A stretch of DNA of 64,000 nt, from assembly GCA_038496445.1 (NCBI GenBank), contig JALMLS010000216.1:248001-312000 (forward strand), written 5' to 3'. This stretch comes from Trichosphaerium sp. ATCC 40318. Taxonomy: Eukaryota > Protista > Tubulinea. The translations under genes and the position numbers were made by a program. Shown in pieces: positions 56,926 through 64,000 of the stretch (its first letter is position 1; each line of letters opens with the position of its first letter). The notes beneath the pieces were generated by a model, which ran no database searches, was not told the origin of the DNA, and was given only the letters and a program-made list of their open reading frames with translations.

Positions 56926-58278
56926 ACGTTCAGCAAACAATTTTCAACTGTGTTTTGACTACAACTTGACTACTATAATAAAAAACGAGCTCCAAACTTG
57001 ACTCCATTGCCTTTCTCAATTACGTCACGAATATTTCTGTATGCCAGTATAGCATCATAACTAAATTTTACAAATAGCAATCGACACGGAATGGTGAGAA
57101 AAAAAACACATCTAAGAATCACGAATACTTGCCAAAAATGGTAAATTGTTAAAGTTGTATGTTAGTTAAACGCTTGCATTGCTGGTAAGGCTACAGATGC
57201 TGAGCCCCATAATGAGGACCATTGCTCGTGGTGAGATTTGTAGTACTCTGTGCCCACCAATACACCAGGCCTCCTAAAAATAGTCAGAAGGGTGCTAACA
57301 ATAAGTTGAAACTTTCCATTCTGTTTGACAACTTCTGTTATTGCGGATGCATATTGTACTTGTCCTTGTGGTGTAAAGGAATAAGGACTTCCCACCCTGT
57401 CACATTATGATATGGATGACTTATTTCTACTATGGATATCCATTGCTTTCCAGGAAATGGTTGGGGTAACTTCTGCAAAGATGCTAAAAAAAAATCCGAA
57501 GCTACAGTTTTTGTAGGACTATTGCGGTGCCACGTGCCTATGCTTTCTAGTTTGCCACCCCAAGCGCCAACCCTATTACCTCAAAAGCAGCACCTCCGCA
57601 ATATTCGCAATTCCTCAATCCCACATCTTTTCCGCCTACTCTACTGTTGTATTACAATTAAAGTGCAACTGAGTACCGTCCATTTTTGCGATGTGAATCA
57701 TTCACATAGGAGTTTCTGCTCCGAAATTATTAGTAACATCAGCCATGAAATGAAACCGGTTCAGACAGTTTGTCGAAGCGCGGAAAAGCTGATTCAATGG
57801 AGTCGTACACCTTTACACAGTGATCACTGTTGAGCTGTCTTACTATGGGGAAGTAAAATTAAAATAAAAACCCACAGCAGACTGTTGGTTAAAATTAAAA
57901 AGGGGATCACTCATAAACCGCCTCGCCATCCTAGTGTTACATTAAAAAGGGACTGTGAGTTGCAACACCAGCTTTTCCAATTATTCCTTTTGGCCCAGGT
58001 AGTTGCGCAATCTGTCTTCTGGCAAACAACAAACCTTCGTTGAGCGTATTAACATTTATCGGTTACTCGCAACTGGGGAGCAATAAAAGGGTCTAAGACC
58101 AAGTCTCGTCGCTACTGATTGTGGCATCTTTCACCACCTTTAACAAACCATTAAAACTCCAAGCGAAGCCAAGAGCGTTGCGATGGTCGGAAAGTTTGAA
58201 CCCTCAGTCCACTTGTAGGATGAAAAGCCGGTCAACTTCTTTCTTGTAGGTTTTTCAAATAACTTGTAGTTGACGACA

Positions 58279-59357
58279 ATGGGTTGCGGTGATAGTAAAC
58301 AACAATCAGAAGGTGGTAAATCTAAGGATTCACTTACAAAGGCCGGGAGACCAAAACATGTAGATTATGATTTTCTTTTTAAAATTCTATTGATTGGTGA
58401 CTCTGCGGTTGGAAAGAGCAGGTACGTGTTAACTTTAGATAACCTCCCAGTCCCAAGTTAAAATTTTATTTTAACTCGCTTACTCTTTTATCTTCTAGTC
58501 TCCTTCTACGCTTCGCAGATCAAGCATTCAATACAAGCTTTATTTCTACCATCGGAGTAGATTTTAAGATACGTACTGTTGACATGGAAGGTAAAAAAGT
58601 TAAACTACAAATCTGGGATACTGTACGTCTTTTATTACGTCATTGTTACCCTTCTAAGTATTCAACTATTTAGGCTGGACAAGAGAAGGTATGCGTAATT
58701 TACTGATTACTAGCTGGGGTTTTTATCTTTTTTACCACGTGATTATCGGTTCGTTCTACAACTGATCACGTGAGAAATAAGATTTTTTGCGAAACACAAA
58801 AAATACATGCGTTTTTCGCCTGTATAACGTACTTCACGTGATCCATCTTCTAAAGTATTTAACTTTAGTTCCGTACGATTACATCGAGCTATTACCGAGG
58901 TGCACATGGAATCATAGTGGTAAGTTTTGTCTTAGATCTTAGAAAAAGACATAATAAAATTCGATCTTATAAACTCAACTACTTCCCAAAAGGTTTACGA
59001 CGTTACAAACGAAAACTCTTTTGAACACGTGGAGTCATGGTTGGAAGAAATAGAAAAATATTGCAGTGGATCAGTTCAGAAACTACTTGTAGGCAACAAG
59101 AGCGATCTACCAAAAGCAGTACCAACAGTACGTAACAAACAAACCTCTCTAAAGTATTTTTTTAAAGTTTTTTTTTTTAACGACAAATGTAACTTGGCAC
59201 GTGACTTATCACGTGTATTCAGGCAACCGCTGAAGGGTTTGCTAACGAGAGAGATGTTTTGTTCATGGAAACAAGTGCAAAGAACAATACAAACGTAGAT
59301 GAGACGTTTTTGAAGCTAGCAAGTTTGATAAAGGCTTCTGGAGCCGCAAAGCAATAA
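58279..59357 (+). CDS. Rab1-like GTPase with N-terminal MGC extension and no C-terminal cysteines (5 introns)
   Basis: [18 protein letters not shown]|[24 protein letters not shown]|AGQEK|[26 protein letters not shown]; ends [13 protein letters not shown]. Confidence 0.92.
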
Positions 59358-59643
59358 GGTTTTTTTTCTTTACCCTGGAAAAACCTTGTACAGACATATA
59401 AAAAATTCGTTGTTGTGGAATTAAAAGAAAAGCTGTAGGTAAACCCATGTACATGTAAAATCTACTTTGTGGTATATTTAACAGTTCACGTATACACTTT
59501 TTTGTTTTTATGGCGGGTGGTACATGCTAGAGAGCAAGTAATAATTCTAAATTGGAATCCAATTTTTTGGTTGTTGGTGATTATTTTATACAAGAACAAA
59601 GAATACCTATGCAATTTTTTTTTGTTACCGTTGCGCTTTTTTC

Positions 59644-61725
<2,082 letters not shown>

Positions 61726-62034
61726 GATGTGGGAAATCGTATTTAGAAAGACTTATATGCCGCAGACTTAACAGGAAAACACTGAATTCACTCCTTACCC
61801 TTTTCAAAACGTACTACGTACGCGTGACTAGATACTATATTTTATAGACCATTCAATGTAAAGATGTTAGCCACATAATATTCACGTGACTACTAGATAA
61901 GGCGATAAAGTCAATTGTATAAACAATAGCCTTAATACCGTTTCTCACTTCAACTCGACTAAGCTGTGCAAGATCTTCAATCGTTCCTTTATTTACATTT
62001 TATTTACAGATATGTACATTTTGCTTGTGGAGCA

Positions 62035-62409
62035 TTAAAAGGAATCTAAGACACGCAATCCCTTGGCATAATCTTCCACTTCTAAAAAAAGATTATTTTT
62101 AATCAGCGAAATAAGAATTTGTCAAAGTACCTGGAGGCAGTGCCTTTTTAGCTCTAACGCGTCGGCGACGCTTATGGGACCTCTTTGATTGTATTTGATG
62201 AGCTTTTTTCTTACGGTTCATCGAACGAAGCTCTAACCAGTCTTTTCCGTCAGTACCCATGTACGCTAAAGAGAATAAGTATTTTCGGGCAAAAAGTTTT
62301 TTGTATTTGACAAACCTCTGCTTCTAGCAAGTTTTGTTTGTAAAGACGTCCTTGATAGCATTGGGCTTTTACCCCCATAGCTTTTACGTAGTTTTCTAGG
62401 GCTATCCAT
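62035..62409 (-). CDS. Small basic protein (90 aa, 2 introns) resembling the histone H3 N-terminal tail, without a histone fold
   Basis: Two canonical phase-1 GT-AG introns keep the frame open: MDSPRKLRKSYGGKSPMLSRTSLQTKLARSRAYMGTDG...KRSHKRRRRVRAKKALPPEVEDYAKGLRVLDSF*. Two TGTAAATAAA signals lie about 27-47 nt downstream. Confidence 0.65.
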
Positions 62410-62998
62410 TTGCTTTGATGATGGGGAGAATATCAGAAATAATAAATCTCGTGAAGTACTTATTGGGAAATTTAGCTAGATTTTTAAGATAGCGTTTCGT
62501 GTCACGTGAGACCGCGTATAAAACGTTGAAGATCATTACAGAAACTACTTTCATGATGACATGAAGCTAACGAACTTCCGCAACTAACGCAAGGTAAAAA
62601 ACTTAGAGAACAAGTACCAAAAAGGATACGATGCTCCAACAACAACAAAATAATTCCGTTTACTTTAACTAAAGAACTTCTTTGTAGAAGTTACTCTGTC
62701 ATGATCCTAGCGCACAAGCGCGCTCTCACAGATCCGTAATAGTACTGCATAATTTTCAAACCTAAATGCCGGATGTGCAGTTTAATACTTAGAGAATAAC
62801 TTTAGGTACAAAAACCATTCTACTACACAACCCAAGAACTCTGTAACGCTGTCAACTTTATGTTTATTGTTTGGGTTTTTGTGCTTACAAAGCTTCTAGC
62901 ACAATTGAATAGAGCGGAATATAAACTCTACTTAATTGTACACCATAACTAACTCCATATATAACATGGAAAGATTGCCAGCAATACCACTATTTAGG

Positions 62999-64000
62999 TC
63001 AGCATCTTGGCATAATTTTCACGCTTGTTTTGCTCTCTGTGTTAATGCTTTTCTCTTTACCGTGTAGTTTATTAGATGATTTTATTATATCACCTAAGCT
63101 CTCCAATGCAAATTGAGGCTGTGGTATCGAAAACGCTCGAGGACTTTCCAAATCTTCTAACACGAAATCACTTTCTTCTGACAAAGCATCAGCATCGCTT
63201 TCTTCAATTTCAAAGTCTTCACTCTCCACAACACCGTCCACAATATCTTCAATGATACTACCGCTACGCCTTACATATCTACAACCTTCTATTCCGAACC
63301 AAGCTTGGAATCTAAACGAATCCATAGCCACCTTTAACAAAAAGTAAGTACATAAAAGACATCTTATAATCAAATGAGTACCTTCGGAAACGGTGTGCGA
63401 ATTATCTCGCGTATATTTCTTTTGTTTAGACAAGCTTCAATAAACTCAATAAAAATGAAAGTGACACTACGTGTATCATCTAAAAGGCGCCTAGCTAACT
63501 CCATGTGTGATTCATTAACAACATCTCTATTCAAATCGAACATAAACTGTGCATGCTTCCCTCTTATAGTAAGCTTCGGGACTTTACCATACACAAGGGA
63601 ACCTCCAAGAGCAAGCTCCATACCAAGGCTTAAAGAAAATATTAGTATCATCAACACAAGGAAACATAACATCCACAAAAAAAACGCACCATCCAACTGC
63701 GAAGACATCACTTTTTGGAGTCCAACCGTTCTCTGAAGCGTCAAAGTCCAGATATCCAATAGTTGATTTACTACTATAAACAGAACTCTGGAAGTAAAGG
63801 AAGGCGTTACCAAAATCACATATCTTAACGTATCCACCAGGCATAATTAGTACATTTTCTCCTTTGATATCAGAGTGTACAATACCACACTCGTGTATGT
63901 GATACAGTCCACGTAATACTTGAACTAGGATATGTCCTATAGCTTCAAGACTCATACCTGCTTTTGCCAATGTACTAGAGTTACAATAGGCTACAGGGTA
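62999..64000 (-). CDS. Divergent non-RD Ser/Thr protein kinase, 5' part outside the window, acidic tail
   Basis: GIVHSDIKGENVLI, KICDFG, SDVFAVG; the APE motif is replaced by GYLDFD. Two introns join ORFs 63584-63970, 63370-63837 and 62999-63433. Confidence 0.8.

Noticed and set aside
57560-57580. CCAACCCTA as a telomerase RNA template
   Set aside because: It does not give 1.5 copies of a TTAGGG-type repeat, and no other telomerase RNA elements are recognisable.
57432-57833. 133-aa plus-strand ORF
   Set aside because: No motif, atypical composition, no 3' signal; probably a chance ORF.
62620-62629. Second GTATCCTTT (minus strand) as a U12 donor
   Set aside because: It lies upstream of the H3-like ATG with no supporting coding exon or clear U12 branch site; cannot be supported without transcripts.

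Overview
AT-rich, gene-dense eukaryotic nuclear DNA with many short spliceosomal introns (mostly 40-200 nt, donors typically GTACGT/GTAAG/GTATG) in the standard genetic code. It is most consistent with a free-living protist, probably an amoebozoan (inference from the Dst/SLK-type STE20 kinase, an HRDLAARN receptor tyrosine kinase and a minor-class intron). About 28 genes can be reconstructed by hand: a UBLCP1-like phosphatase, Arf and Rab GTPases, a receptor TK, STE20 and NDR kinases, two Nudix hydrolases, cofilin, a glycosyltransferase, a USP4/15-like DUB, a PPP phosphatase, an RCC1-BTB protein and thiolase. Mixed among these intron-rich genes is an accessory layer: intronless F-box+LRR and F-box+MORN-variant genes of a kind typical of giant viruses, decayed copies of both, two fold-back elements next to them, an intronless toxin-like orphan, an RTX-like secreted protein and a tandem array of single-pass receptors with a conserved PYAEDSPYQ tail. 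The most unusual observations are a 90-aa spliced gene resembling the histone H3 tail without a histone fold, a Rab1-like GTPase that lacks C-terminal prenylation cysteines but has an N-terminal MGC acylation motif, and a U12-type intron inside the STE20 catalytic loop. All gene models and family calls are manual and from recalled motifs; no database search was run.
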